Origin: Candidatus Saccharimonadales bacterium
GTDB taxonomy: Bacteria; Patescibacteriota; Saccharimonadia; Saccharimonadales; UBA10212
Direction: 5' to 3'
Assembly: GCA_049521895.1 (NCBI GenBank)
Contig: JBEKOJ010000001.1
Coordinates: 482,717 to 546,716, forward strand
Length of the DNA: 64,000 bases
In this document: positions 1 through 8,794 of the stretch, one piece after another
Numbering within the stretch: position 1 is the stretch's first letter
Layout of the letters: each line of letters opens with the position of its first letter
Notes under the pieces: model-generated
What the model was told of the DNA's origin: nothing
What the model saw: the letters and a program-made list of their open reading frames with translations, nothing else
Database searches by the model: none
Translations under genes and position numbers: made by a program

Positions 1-1304
1 AAAACGTGAATTTCCACGCTGTTCTGGTTATCGGCAGCCGTACTGAAAGTTTCGTTTTTGCTGGTCGGGATAGTGGTGTTACGCTCGATCAGCCTGGTGC
101 TTACGCTACCTAAAGTTTCAATGCCGAGACTCAAGGGTGTTACATCCAAGAGCAATACATCTTTGACATCGCCTTGCAATACACCGCCTTGGATAGCGGC
201 GCCCACGGCTACGACTTCGTCGGGGTTAACACCTTGTAGCGGATCTTTGCCAAAAATTTGTTTGACTTTTTCAATCACGGCCGGCATACGGGTCATGCCG
301 CCGACCAGTACGATTTCGTTGACATCCTTTGGCTCTAGTTTGGCGTCTTTTAGGGCTTTTTTGCACGGCTCTTCGGTTTTATCTATCAAGTCCTGAACCA
401 GCTCGATGAGTTTGGCGCGCGTCAGTTTGTATTCAAAGTGTTTGGGGCCTTCGGCATCAGCGGTTAAGAACGGCAAATTAATATCTGCCACCTCTGTTGT
501 GGATAGCTCTTTCTTGGCCTTTTCGGCTTCTTCTTTAAGCCGCTGCATGGCGGCTTTATCATCTTTTACATCAATGCCAGACTCTTTCTTGAACTGCTCT
601 ACAAAGTGGTTGACGATGCGCATATCGAAGTCTTCGCCACCTAGGTGGGTATCACCGTTAGTGCTTAGAACCTCAAACACGCCGTCGCCGAGCTGCAGGA
701 TTGAAACATCAAAAGTACCGCCGCCAAGGTCAAAGACAGCAATTTTTTCTTCTTTGCCTTTGTCTAAACCATAAGCCAGTGCAGCTGCGGTGGGTTCATT
801 AATGATACGCTTGACTTCCAGTCCGGCAATTTTGCCGGCGTCTTTGGTGGCCTGGCGCTGGCTATCGTCAAAATAAGCCGGAGTTGTAATTACGGCCTCT
901 GTAACCGGCTCGCCCAAGAAGGCTTCGGCGTCAGCTTTGAGTTTGGAAAGAATCATACCACTAACTTCTTCGGGGCTGTATTCTTTGGCAGCCATGACAA
1001 CTTTTACGCCTGTGCCGGCTTTGACAATCTTATACGGCATCAGTTCGATGTCTTTTTGGACCTCTTTATCTTCAAATTTGCGGCCAATTAAGCGCTTGAT
1101 GCCAAAAATCGTGTTAGTCGGATTGGTTACCCTTTGGCGGTTGGCCACTTGGCCAACTAGCCGTTCACCGTTTTTATTGATAGCTACTACACTCGGCGTA
1201 GTGCGGCCGCCCTCGCTATTGGCGATAATTTCCGGCTTGCCGGACTGCATTGCCGCCATCGCGGAGTTAGTTGTTCCTAGATCGATTCCTATTATTTTAC
1301 CCAT
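1..1304 (-). CDS. dnaK: Chaperone DnaK (Hsp70), N-terminal ~434 aa; the C-terminus lies beyond the left window edge
   Basis: Reverse translation from ATG 1304..1302 reads [40 protein letters not shown]...[12 protein letters not shown]...[20 protein letters not shown] lies upstream. It is missing from the ORF track only because no stop falls in the window. The + ORFs 58..396, 406..774 and 937..1326 are its antisense shadows. Confidence 0.95.
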   Translation of the reverse strand, partial: MGKIIGIDLGTTNSAMAAMQSGKPEIIANSEGGRTTPSVVAINKNGERLVGQVANRQRVTNPTNTIFGIKRLIGRKFEDKEVQKDIELMPYKIVKAGTGVKVVMAAKEYSPEEVSGMILSKLKADAEAFLGEPVTEAVITTPAYFDDSQRQATKDAGKIAGLEVKRIINEPTAAALAYGLDKGKEEKIAVFDLGGGTFDVSILQLGDGVFEVLSTNGDTHLGGEDFDMRIVNHFVEQFKKESGIDVKDDKAAMQRLKEEAEKAKKELSTTEVADINLPFLTADAEGPKHFEYKLTRAKLIELVQDLIDKTEEPCKKALKDAKLEPKDVNEIVLVGGMTRMPAVIEKVKQIFGKDPLQGVNPDEVVAVGAAIQGGVLQGDVKDVLLLDVTPLSLGIETLGSVSTRLIERNTTIPTSKNETFSTAADNQNSVEIHV

Positions 1305-1542
1305 TTGTTGCTCCTCCCTTGTTTAATAGTTTTGCCTTTTCTGCTTCAAGTAAATCGATTTCTTGCTGAATATACGGTTGTTCAAAGGTTTCTGACGCAA
1401 ATTCTACCCTATGTTGTAGTGAGGCTATCTCTCTGTCGATAGCTACTACCTTGATTCTACTTGGATCTGCAAGGTCTGCTTCCAAACCGGCAAATACATT
1501 TTCTAAATCCCCGTCCGAGAGTTCTTCTGGTTTTTGCCGCAC
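1297..1542 (-). CDS. Small hypothetical coiled-coil-like protein (81 aa) between grpE and dnaK, with a GTG start
   Basis: This is the distal part of track ORF 1297..1626. GTG at 1542..1540 overlaps the grpE stop (TAGTG), and its stop overlaps the dnaK ATG by 8 nt (ATGGGTAA), the same overlap style as the rest of the operon. The product is acidic and helical ([15 protein letters not shown]). Confidence 0.45.
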   Translation of the reverse strand: MRQKPEELSDGDLENVFAGLEADLADPSRIKVVAIDREIASLQHRVEFASETFEQPYIQQEIDLLEAEKAKLLNKGGATNG

Positions 1543-2006
1543 TACTTTTTCTCCATTCTTACTTTGACCATGGCGTGGCGGATGACTTCGTCGCCGATTT
1601 TGTAGCCGGGTTGAAGTTCCTCGCAAACAACTTCAACCGCGCCATCGCCGTCTTCCATATGGACTGCCTCGTGCAGTCTGGGGTCAAAGACTTCACCAAC
1701 GGTTTTGATGCGTTCAACCCCAAGCTTGGCAAAGCAGTCTTCAAACTGTTTTTTAACTCCTTCAACTCCCTTGACGTAGTCGTGCCCGGCCAGGTCTTTG
1801 GGAGCGTGTTTTAGGGCGCGGTCTAGATTATCCAGAGCCGGTAGAAGTTCGCGCAGCACCATAGCCTTATAAAAATTAGCTAGTTGAGCCCGCTCTTCTT
1901 CGGTGCGCCGGCGCAAGTTTTGAGCATCGGCCCGCTCACGCTGCAGCGCTTCGGTCAGCTCACCAATTTGCTGCTCCAGATCCTTGATAGTTGGTTTCTT
2001 AGTCAT
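1542..2006 (-). CDS. grpE: Nucleotide exchange factor GrpE
   Basis: 154-aa ORF with a coiled-coil N-terminus and a GrpE-like C-terminus (FDPRLHEAVHMED...GYKIGDEVIRHAMVKV). It lies between hrcA and dnaK. Confidence 0.9.
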   Translation of the reverse strand: MTKKPTIKDLEQQIGELTEALQRERADAQNLRRRTEEERAQLANFYKAMVLRELLPALDNLDRALKHAPKDLAGHDYVKGVEGVKKQFEDCFAKLGVERIKTVGEVFDPRLHEAVHMEDGDGAVEVVCEELQPGYKIGDEVIRHAMVKVRMEKK

Positions 2007-2286
2007 TTAACTCTTCTTTCACCTGCCTAGCGGTTTCAATAAGTCTATCGGTTGTCTCCGGTGACCAAGCAGCAGACTCAACAAGAAACATCAATTCGTC
2101 TGAGCCAAGCCCATACTTTTCGCCTAAGTAGCTTTCAAGACTGGTAACGAACTTGTCGGTTCTTGATGTACCGCCAGTCTCTATTAGCTCTGTTCGGAGT
2201 GATTGATCAGCTTCACCCCAAACCTGTTGAGCCTCAGCAAGCGCAAGCTTTACCTGGAAACTAGCATCCTTCGGTGACTCAAACAT
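1999..2286 (-). CDS. Hypothetical 95-aa protein embedded between hrcA and grpE
   Basis: Part of track ORF 1999..2316. The internal ATG at 2286 (MFESPKD...) overlaps the hrcA stop by 8 nt (ATGTTTGA), and its stop overlaps the grpE ATG by 8 nt (ATGACTAA). Confidence 0.5.
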   Translation of the reverse strand: MFESPKDASFQVKLALAEAQQVWGEADQSLRTELIETGGTSRTDKFVTSLESYLGEKYGLGSDELMFLVESAAWSPETTDRLIETARQVKEELND

Positions 2287-2983
2287 ATAAGGTTTCCTCC
2301 AGAGCTTCGCCAGCACGGCCGACTAAGTCCATGACATCGCGGTAGCTTTGGCGAGTAGGACCCAAGACGCCTATGTAGCTACGGTCAGAAAACGGGCTGC
2401 GAAAACGGCTGATAATTAAGCTGGCGCCGGCACTACGGCCAATAGGATTCTCGTGACCAATATAGACACTCAGTGGTTTGTTGGGTGCAGTCTCATATAA
2501 CCAAGGTTGCAGGTTGTCTAAAAGTCTGGCAACTTCCTGGACTTGCTCCGGATGCATAAACTCTGGCTGTCCGAAAAGATTAGATAAGCCGCTCATATAA
2601 AGTTCATTGCCGATGGTGGCTAGACCCAAGTTATGGGTCATTTCTACCAGCGTGTCCACGGTGCTGCGGATCGTCAGGGCCGGCTGGCCGCCAGGTTGTA
2701 CCCGCGCAGTAAGGACACGGCCGGCACGTTTGGTTCCAAGCTTGCCATCCATCTCTGCCAGGTGATTGACATAAAAACGGTAGCCCTCATCTGTAGGTAT
2801 GCGGCCGGCACTGGTGTGAGGTTGGGTGATATAGCCCAAATGCTCTAACTCCACCATATCAGCGCGGATAGTAGCACTAGATACGTCAAAAACTTTGGCT
2901 AACAAACTAGAGCCTACCGGACTGGCAACTTCGGCGTACTGTTCAATAATAGCTTGTAGGATTCTTTCTTGTCTTGGGGTCAT
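2279..2983 (-). CDS. hrcA: Heat-inducible transcription repressor HrcA
   Basis: Winged-helix N-terminus MTPRQERILQAIIEQYAEVASPVGSSLLAK, in hrcA-grpE-dnaK synteny. I place the start at M22 of track ORF 2279..3046, because the upstream track ATG lies inside a CIRCE operator. Confidence 0.85.
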   Translation of the reverse strand: MTPRQERILQAIIEQYAEVASPVGSSLLAKVFDVSSATIRADMVELEHLGYITQPHTSAGRIPTDEGYRFYVNHLAEMDGKLGTKRAGRVLTARVQPGGQPALTIRSTVDTLVEMTHNLGLATIGNELYMSGLSNLFGQPEFMHPEQVQEVARLLDNLQPWLYETAPNKPLSVYIGHENPIGRSAGASLIISRFRSPFSDRSYIGVLGPTRQSYRDVMDLVGRAGEALEETLYV

Positions 2984-2985
2984 AA

Positions 2986-3012
2986 CTAGCACTCGCTTGG
3001 TCTTACTGCTAA
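2986..3012. promoter_or_regulatory. CIRCE-like operator, proximal copy
   Basis: CTAGCACTC-N9-TACTGCTAA compared with the consensus TTAGCACTC-N9-GAGTGCTAA (8/9 and 7/9). It starts 3 nt upstream of the hrcA ATG. Confidence 0.65.
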
Positions 3013-3033
3013 GTGCATACATTATATCAGAAA

Positions 3034-3060
3034 CTAGCACTCTCATGTCAAGAGTGCCAA
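3034..3060. promoter_or_regulatory. CIRCE operator, distal copy
   Basis: CTAGCACTC-N9-GAGTGCCAA, matching the consensus 8/9 in each arm with exact 9-nt spacing. Confidence 0.85.
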
Positions 3061-3080
3061 TCAGGTTGAAGTCTATTTAA

Positions 3081-3102
3081 AATACTTGACTTGCTAAGTA
3101 TT
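3081..3102. repeat. 22-bp palindrome family copy (AATACTTGAC-TT-GCTAAGTATT)
   Basis: Imperfect copy located immediately 3' of the stop of the minus-strand gene 3105..3803. Confidence 0.7.
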
Positions 3103-3104
3103 TA

Positions 3105-3803
3105 TTAATGGGTGCGGATGTGGTCGATCAACCTCTGGGCCAGCTCGCGGTTACGATATTGAGAAGCCGCGTCAGTGACCCCCCTTAAAATCTCCTTAGC
3201 TACTCTAGGAACCTCGTCGTTGACTACCAGGATAAATCGTTCGTTTTGGATAACTGCTTCCAATTCTTCTTTAGCACTGTGCAATCTTTTAGCACGCTCT
3301 ACGTAACTCATGTGGCCTCGCCCGTCTAGGCGCTGCATCCAAATTTCAAAACTCGGTGGCAAAAGAAAAACTGGACGCAAGTCTGGAACTCGCTGTAAAA
3401 TTTCTTCCGCTCCCCATATATCTATCCTTAGTAACGGTTTCTTGCCGACATTTAGTACAAGCTCGTAAGCTGCCAGACTAGTGCCCGAGACTTGGATATT
3501 ATGAATATTTTTGACCTCAATCATGGCATCAGAATCCAGCAAGTTCAACATCTCTTCTTCGCTGACAAACCAATAACTCTGCCCATTTGACTCATCTGGC
3601 CTGGGTTGGCGTGTGGTGTGGTTAACTACGTATTGCCAATTACTAATTTTCTGAATGTATTGTTCAATGGCGTCTTTACCCGAACCAGTCGTCCCGGCAA
3701 GTATGTGAGGTGGATTCTGCGACAAGAGTTGGACTGCCTCTGCCGGCATTTTGTAGTGTTTTACTAAATCCAGAAGCTTACTGTGAGTATTATCCATTTG
3801 CAA
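3105..3803 (-). CDS. Guanylate-kinase-like P-loop protein (paralog 2)
   Basis: P-loop GTTGSGKD and a GK-type motif HTTRQPRPDESNGQSYWFVSEEEM. Its start abuts the stop of the upstream paralog with no gap. Confidence 0.6.
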   Translation of the reverse strand: MQMDNTHSKLLDLVKHYKMPAEAVQLLSQNPPHILAGTTGSGKDAIEQYIQKISNWQYVVNHTTRQPRPDESNGQSYWFVSEEEMLNLLDSDAMIEVKNIHNIQVSGTSLAAYELVLNVGKKPLLRIDIWGAEEILQRVPDLRPVFLLPPSFEIWMQRLDGRGHMSYVERAKRLHSAKEELEAVIQNERFILVVNDEVPRVAKEILRGVTDAASQYRNRELAQRLIDHIRTH

Positions 3804-4484
3804 TCAGTTTATACCATCAAACATCTCTTGGGCAGCCCGGTGGGCGGCTTTTTCCCTATTGGCATCAATAGCCCCCCGTAAAAGTTGTTTGACCTGCGTG
3901 GCGGCTTTTTCTAGATCATCGTTAAGGATAAAATGTGTCAACTTATCGCTAAAAACAAAGTCCAGCGAACGGCGGGCTTCATCCAAACGTTTCTTAAGCT
4001 GCTCATCTTTAAGTTGGTGGCTGCCCATACGGCGCATCCATTCCTGATAGCTGGGCGGGGCGATAAACACGCTGATGGTTTTAACGAAGCCCAGGTTGCG
4101 AAAAATTGGTACAACATCGGCCATCACGGGCATAACCGCTAAGCCAGATTTGGGGTATGCGCTTGCACGGGTTGCGTATAAATCGCCTTCGGTGCCGATT
4201 GCTACTTGCACAAAACGGCCGGCTTTGATGTCCGCCACAACTTGGTCGTAATCGGTAAGAAAGCAAAAGTCTACGCCTTCTTTCTCTTCCGGACGCGGCC
4301 GGCGAGTAGTATCCGAAGGTACAAATTGCAGCCCTAGCCGATTGATGATTGAGCTCTTGCCAACACCGGAAGGCCCAATGACAACCAGCAGCGAAATATT
4401 TTTTATACGCGCCAGTACTTCAGGTGCCGGACGATAATTTTTAACCACACCTGGTAGATCTTTAAGAAATTCTCCGCGTGTCAT
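3804..4484 (-). CDS. Guanylate-kinase-like protein (paralog 1)
   Basis: P-loop GPSGVGKSS and TTRRPRPEEKEGVDFCFLTDYD, matching the guanylate kinase signature region. Confidence 0.7.
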   Translation of the reverse strand: MTRGEFLKDLPGVVKNYRPAPEVLARIKNISLLVVIGPSGVGKSSIINRLGLQFVPSDTTRRPRPEEKEGVDFCFLTDYDQVVADIKAGRFVQVAIGTEGDLYATRASAYPKSGLAVMPVMADVVPIFRNLGFVKTISVFIAPPSYQEWMRRMGSHQLKDEQLKKRLDEARRSLDFVFSDKLTHFILNDDLEKAATQVKQLLRGAIDANREKAAHRAAQEMFDGIN

Positions 4485-4487
4485 TCG

Positions 4488-6347
4488 TCAGTCCCGTTTG
4501 AGCATTATAGCGAAAGCTTCGGCAGGGATGTCTACCCTACCAAAGCGTTTTAGTCGTTCTTTACCTCTCTTTTGTTTAGCCAGTACTTTCTTTTTGCGGC
4601 TAACATCCCCGCCATACAAGCCGCTGGTGACGTCTTTACGGTAAGCGCTTATATCTTCACGGGCAATAAACTTGCCGCCGATGGCCGCCTGTACGCTGAC
4701 TTTGAAATTCTGTCTTGGGATTACTGTTTTTAACTTGGCGACGGCGTTTTTGGCGACCCGCTCGGCCTCATCGCGGTGGATTATGACACTAAGCGCATCA
4801 ACCTTATCGCTGGCAATATAAAAATCCAGGCGCACCAAGTTTCCGGGCCGGTAATCGGTCAGTTCATAGTTAAACGAGCCATAGCCGCTAGTAATACTTT
4901 TGAGCTGGTCATAAAAATCTGTCAGCAAGTTAGCCAGTGGCGCTTCAAAATCTATAACCGCCAGCTCGTCCACATAGCTAATGTGTTTTTGCAAACCGCG
5001 AGCGTTGATTATTAGTTGCAGTACCGCGCCAACGTACTGGTTGGGCGCAACTATCTCGCCCCTAACCCAGGGCTCTCTGATCTCTGCCAGTTCGCTGGCA
5101 CCAGGTAGCTCGGCCGCTGATTTTATATCCTCCTCCTGACCGCCGGTCATCCTGATTTTATAATCAGTCGATGGGTTGGTGATTATCAAATCCAGAGAGT
5201 ATTCCCGCTCCAACCGCTCACGCACGATATCCATATGCAACAGCCCCAAAAAACCAATGCGCACGCCAAATCCTAGTACCGGCGAATTTTCCAGGACAAA
5301 CTGCAAAGCCGAATCGCTTAACGATAGTTTTTCGATAGCGTCTTTTAGTATTTGGTAATTTTCATTACTGTCCGGGAAAAAACCAGCATAAACAAACGGC
5401 TGGACATTTTTATACCCGGGCAACGGCTTGTCAGTTGGCGAATTGGCAAGAGTTACCGTATCGCCGACTTTAGCCTCACGTGTACTTTTGAGATTAGTGA
5501 CAACGTAGCCAATTTCGCCGGCTGCCAACTGGCCGGTTGGCCTCATTTCGGGATTCAGGCTGCCAATTTCTAGCGCTAAGCCCTCCGCGCCAGTCGCCAC
5601 CATCCTAATCGAATCATTTTTATTAAGTAGTCCGTCTACCACCCGCAAATACAGAATTACACCACGATAGTCATCGTAGTAACTGTCAAAAATCAGTGCC
5701 CTGGTCTTAGCGTCGGGCTGGCCGCTTGGTGGGGGCACAACTTCTACAATCTTATCCAGCAGCTCTCTAACGCCTTCACCGGTCTTGGCGGAAACCAGCA
5801 AGATATCCTCTTTTTTGCAGCCCAGCAGACCAATAATCTCGGCGCTGACTTTTGCTACATCAGCCGCCGGCAGGTCAATTTTATTCAGGACCGGGATAAT
5901 AATTAGGTTGGCTGCCAGCGATAGATAGACATTAGCTAGTGTTTGCGCCTGGATGCCTTGCGTGGCGTCAACCACCAAAATAGCACCCTCTACAGCAGCC
6001 AAACTGCGGCTGACCTCGTAGCTAAAGTCCACATGGCCCGGCGTATCAATCAAGTTGAGCTCGTACTCAATTTGATAGGAACTGGGAACATGAAACTGGG
6101 AACTAGTTTTTTCTTGTTCCTTGTTGCCTGTTCCTTGTTTCTGCTCGCTCCTATAGCGCATCCTTACAGGAGCGAGCTTAATAGTAATGCCCCGCTCACG
6201 CTCCAAATCCATCTTGTCCAGCAGTTGGGCTTTCATATCACGTTTCTCGACTGTGCCAGTTAATTCCAGCAAACGGTCCGCCAGCGTCGATTTACCATGA
6301 TCAATATGGGCCGTAATACAAAAATTCCTGATGTGCTCCTGATTCAT
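4488..6347 (-). CDS. lepA: Elongation factor 4 (LepA)
   Basis: IRNFCITAHIDHGKSTLADRLL, DTPGHVDFSYEVSRSL, NKIDLPAA, and the LepA C-terminal region GKERLKRFGRVDIPAEAF. Confidence 0.95.
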   Translation of the reverse strand: MNQEHIRNFCITAHIDHGKSTLADRLLELTGTVEKRDMKAQLLDKMDLERERGITIKLAPVRMRYRSEQKQGTGNKEQEKTSSQFHVPSSYQIEYELNLIDTPGHVDFSYEVSRSLAAVEGAILVVDATQGIQAQTLANVYLSLAANLIIIPVLNKIDLPAADVAKVSAEIIGLLGCKKEDILLVSAKTGEGVRELLDKIVEVVPPPSGQPDAKTRALIFDSYYDDYRGVILYLRVVDGLLNKNDSIRMVATGAEGLALEIGSLNPEMRPTGQLAAGEIGYVVTNLKSTREAKVGDTVTLANSPTDKPLPGYKNVQPFVYAGFFPDSNENYQILKDAIEKLSLSDSALQFVLENSPVLGFGVRIGFLGLLHMDIVRERLEREYSLDLIITNPSTDYKIRMTGGQEEDIKSAAELPGASELAEIREPWVRGEIVAPNQYVGAVLQLIINARGLQKHISYVDELAVIDFEAPLANLLTDFYDQLKSITSGYGSFNYELTDYRPGNLVRLDFYIASDKVDALSVIIHRDEAERVAKNAVAKLKTVIPRQNFKVSVQAAIGGKFIAREDISAYRKDVTSGLYGGDVSRKKKVLAKQKRGKERLKRFGRVDIPAEAFAIMLKRD

Positions 6348-6371
6348 TGAGCCATATTATAACAGAGGTAG

Positions 6372-7970
6372 CTACTGGATTCTTACGGGTTTGAGGGCAA
6401 TCTGTTTGATTTTAGCGATAACCGGCTGGACTTCTTCCAGGCCGAATAGTGATGAAATTGCAAAATGAACAATGAAAGTGGGTATGATGATAGCCAATAT
6501 TTTAGTCCCCAGAGTGATAAAGCCACGATCGGATACCTGCAGTGGTACCAAGCTAACCATTATGTAGGTGGTTATTAAGGTAAAACCGGTGACCGACAAG
6601 GTGCGTACAACACCGCTCCAAAATTCCGCAGTGAAGAGATGATGGTCACGCCAAACCATAATCAGTACTAATATAAACACCTCGACTGTAGCCACAATAG
6701 ACTCAGCCATGGCCAGCCCGGCAATGCCGTACCCGCCTACGACAATCGGTTTAGCCAGAGTGAAGGCCAAATAGATGTTAAGGGCAATCGCAAAAAGCGA
6801 GACAAACAGCGGTGTTCTGGTATCTTTGTGCGAATAAAAATAGCGCGAGATGATGGCATAGAGTGTGCGAAAAACAATAGCGCCGACCAAAAAGCCCAAT
6901 ACCAGGGCAATCTCGGGCGCTATGTTCTTATAAATTAAGCGGGCAAAGTAAGCCCGCGCAAAAAAGACAATTACAACCACTGGCAAAATTATCCAGATCA
7001 TTGCGCTAAGCACGCGCAAGAAATCGCGTCGGAATAGATCGGGCCGCCCTTGTGCCAAGCGTTCATTAAGCCGCGGAAAGGCGGCCGTGGCAATAGTGGT
7101 ACCAATCAATAGTATTGGCACCAGATGCAATGTATAGGCATTTTCGTAAAATGTGATGTTTCCCTGGCCCAGCACGGCAGCCCGGTTGGTTTCGACAATT
7201 GAGTTGATAGAATCCATCCCTTGGTCAATGGATCGTGGCGGTAAGTTGCGCAGAATACGCCGGAAATCTGGGTTACGTAGCGTAATAATGGGTTCGTAAT
7301 GAAAACGCATACCATACAAACCAAAAAGAACAATTAGTAGTTGCAAGATGGCACCAGCCAGCGCCCCGAAACCTAAACCCACCAGCCCAATACTGTTTTT
7401 GAACATATAGACGCTGGCTATGATGCAACCGTTATAAAGTATGGGTGCTAAGGCATAAAAGAAAAACCGCCCGAATGTTTGCTGAAGGCTGGTCAAAATA
7501 CCAGATATGGTAAACAGCAGCGGATTAAAGGCAATGATACGCATAATGGTCACAGCGTCGTGGGTTTGCCCGGGGCTGAGGTTGTGGCCAATAACCAGTC
7601 GTATCATCTGCGGGGCAAAAACAAACAGCACAACGCCCACGACAGCCATGATGATACCTAGTAAGTTAAGCAAACTAGAAGTTAGGCGCCAGACCGAACG
7701 CCGGTCACCAAGCTGAAGCTTATCCGCCAGAAACGGCATGAAAGCCACGCCCAGGGCGCCAGCGGCAATAGTATAGAAAAAGAGGTCGGGGATTTTGAAA
7801 GCCGCGAAGTAGGCGTCGGTGGTAATATGGCCTGGCGCGTTGAAGTTACCATTGACAATCTGGGTACGCATAAAACCCAGTAGCTGGCCAAAAAGCGAGG
7901 CGCCAATAAGTAGTACCGCGGCACTGGTAAGAGAAATACGCTGATTGGCGCGGTTAAGCCATCGATTCAT
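6372..7970 (-). CDS. murJ: Lipid II flippase MurJ/MviN family
   Basis: 532-aa polytopic protein. The N-terminus LFGQLLGFMRTQIVNGNF...DAYFAAFKIPDLFF is typical of MurJ. Confidence 0.85.
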   Translation of the reverse strand: MNRWLNRANQRISLTSAAVLLIGASLFGQLLGFMRTQIVNGNFNAPGHITTDAYFAAFKIPDLFFYTIAAGALGVAFMPFLADKLQLGDRRSVWRLTSSLLNLLGIIMAVVGVVLFVFAPQMIRLVIGHNLSPGQTHDAVTIMRIIAFNPLLFTISGILTSLQQTFGRFFFYALAPILYNGCIIASVYMFKNSIGLVGLGFGALAGAILQLLIVLFGLYGMRFHYEPIITLRNPDFRRILRNLPPRSIDQGMDSINSIVETNRAAVLGQGNITFYENAYTLHLVPILLIGTTIATAAFPRLNERLAQGRPDLFRRDFLRVLSAMIWIILPVVVIVFFARAYFARLIYKNIAPEIALVLGFLVGAIVFRTLYAIISRYFYSHKDTRTPLFVSLFAIALNIYLAFTLAKPIVVGGYGIAGLAMAESIVATVEVFILVLIMVWRDHHLFTAEFWSGVVRTLSVTGFTLITTYIMVSLVPLQVSDRGFITLGTKILAIIIPTFIVHFAISSLFGLEEVQPVIAKIKQIALKPVRIQ

Positions 7971-8244
7971 TCTGTAACTAGTATAAAGGTTGGGGTTAGA
8001 AAAATTAACCTAATTAACCTAATTTCTAATTAGCCTAAGTGTTTTTCTTTGAGTTATTGGTGTTTGTGGTTTGCTTAGAGCAATTAGAAATTTAGCCTGG
8101 CTACTCCCACCTGAAGACCCTGAAGGCGATGGTATAAATAATAACTGTCCAAATACCGATTTCTTCCAGCTGCGAACTGATTTGTGTCAGGTGCTGGCCT
8201 TCAGTAGCTATCATCCTGACGCCATCAATTAGGGGTATAAGCAC

Positions 8245-8277
8245 CAAAATACCCGGCTATTTTGTGTTTGGCCGGGC
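8245..8277 (-). terminator. Candidate intrinsic terminator for the small gene 8306..8503
   Basis: On the minus strand, the stem CCCGGC/GCCGGG (8252-8257 / 8271-8276) is followed by TATTTT. Confidence 0.5.
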
Positions 8278-8305
8278 ATTTTAAAGTTTCCGATTTAAAA
8301 ACGGA

Positions 8306-8503
8306 CTATTTGCGCTTGAGTGTCAAGAAACCATTGCGCGGGTTCTCGTTGACGCTGCGGTCGGAAGGCAACTCAGTGCCAGTGTCCTTGCGCTCGTCCT
8401 TAGAAAAGTAGTAAATGGTCTGAACCTTGCCGCCGCGAAGTGTAACCTTCTTGGAGTTCAAGTAGTATGTAACGCCCTTACTATTAGTATGCTTGTATGC
8501 CAT
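8306..8503 (-). CDS. Small basic hypothetical protein (65 aa)
   Basis: ORF MAYKHTNSKGVTYYLNSKKVTLRGGKVQTIYYFSKDERK with SD GGAGAGAGGGA upstream. A possible TTGACA-N18-TATGTT promoter lies at 8571..8542, and a terminator lies downstream. Confidence 0.6.
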   Translation of the reverse strand: MAYKHTNSKGVTYYLNSKKVTLRGGKVQTIYYFSKDERKDTGTELPSDRSVNENPRNGFLTLKRK

Positions 8504-8794
8504 TGCTCGTATCCCTCTCTCCGTAAGTTAATGGTACCCCTAACATACTCTGTTGGCTTTTCTCTTGTCAACCCTTATAAAGACTTTCGGCGGGGTTTTT
8601 CCCTAGTATACAGGTGTCTTACCCCTGTAAGTCGATGAAAAGTCTACTACAGAACCAACGGGGTTTTCTTCGGACATTATCCACCAGTAATCAACTTCTT
8701 GTTGCGCACCAAAGTGCTTATGCGCTAATATATCAGGGTACTAATTAATCTAGTGGGATAAACACGCATAATGGATTTTCATAGAGGAGGAAAT

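Noticed and set aside
58-1326. Three + strand track ORFs (58..396, 406..774, 937..1326) with low-complexity Ser/Leu/Pro-rich products
   Set aside because: They lie antisense to an unmistakable dnaK reading frame that runs off the window edge. They are shadow ORFs.
8170-8225. SRP (4.5S) RNA, suggested by GTCAGGTGCTGG...CCTGAC
   Set aside because: It lacks the conserved GGAA tetraloop and the AGCA/symmetric-loop motifs of SRP domain IV. The resemblance is limited to a 7-nt stretch.
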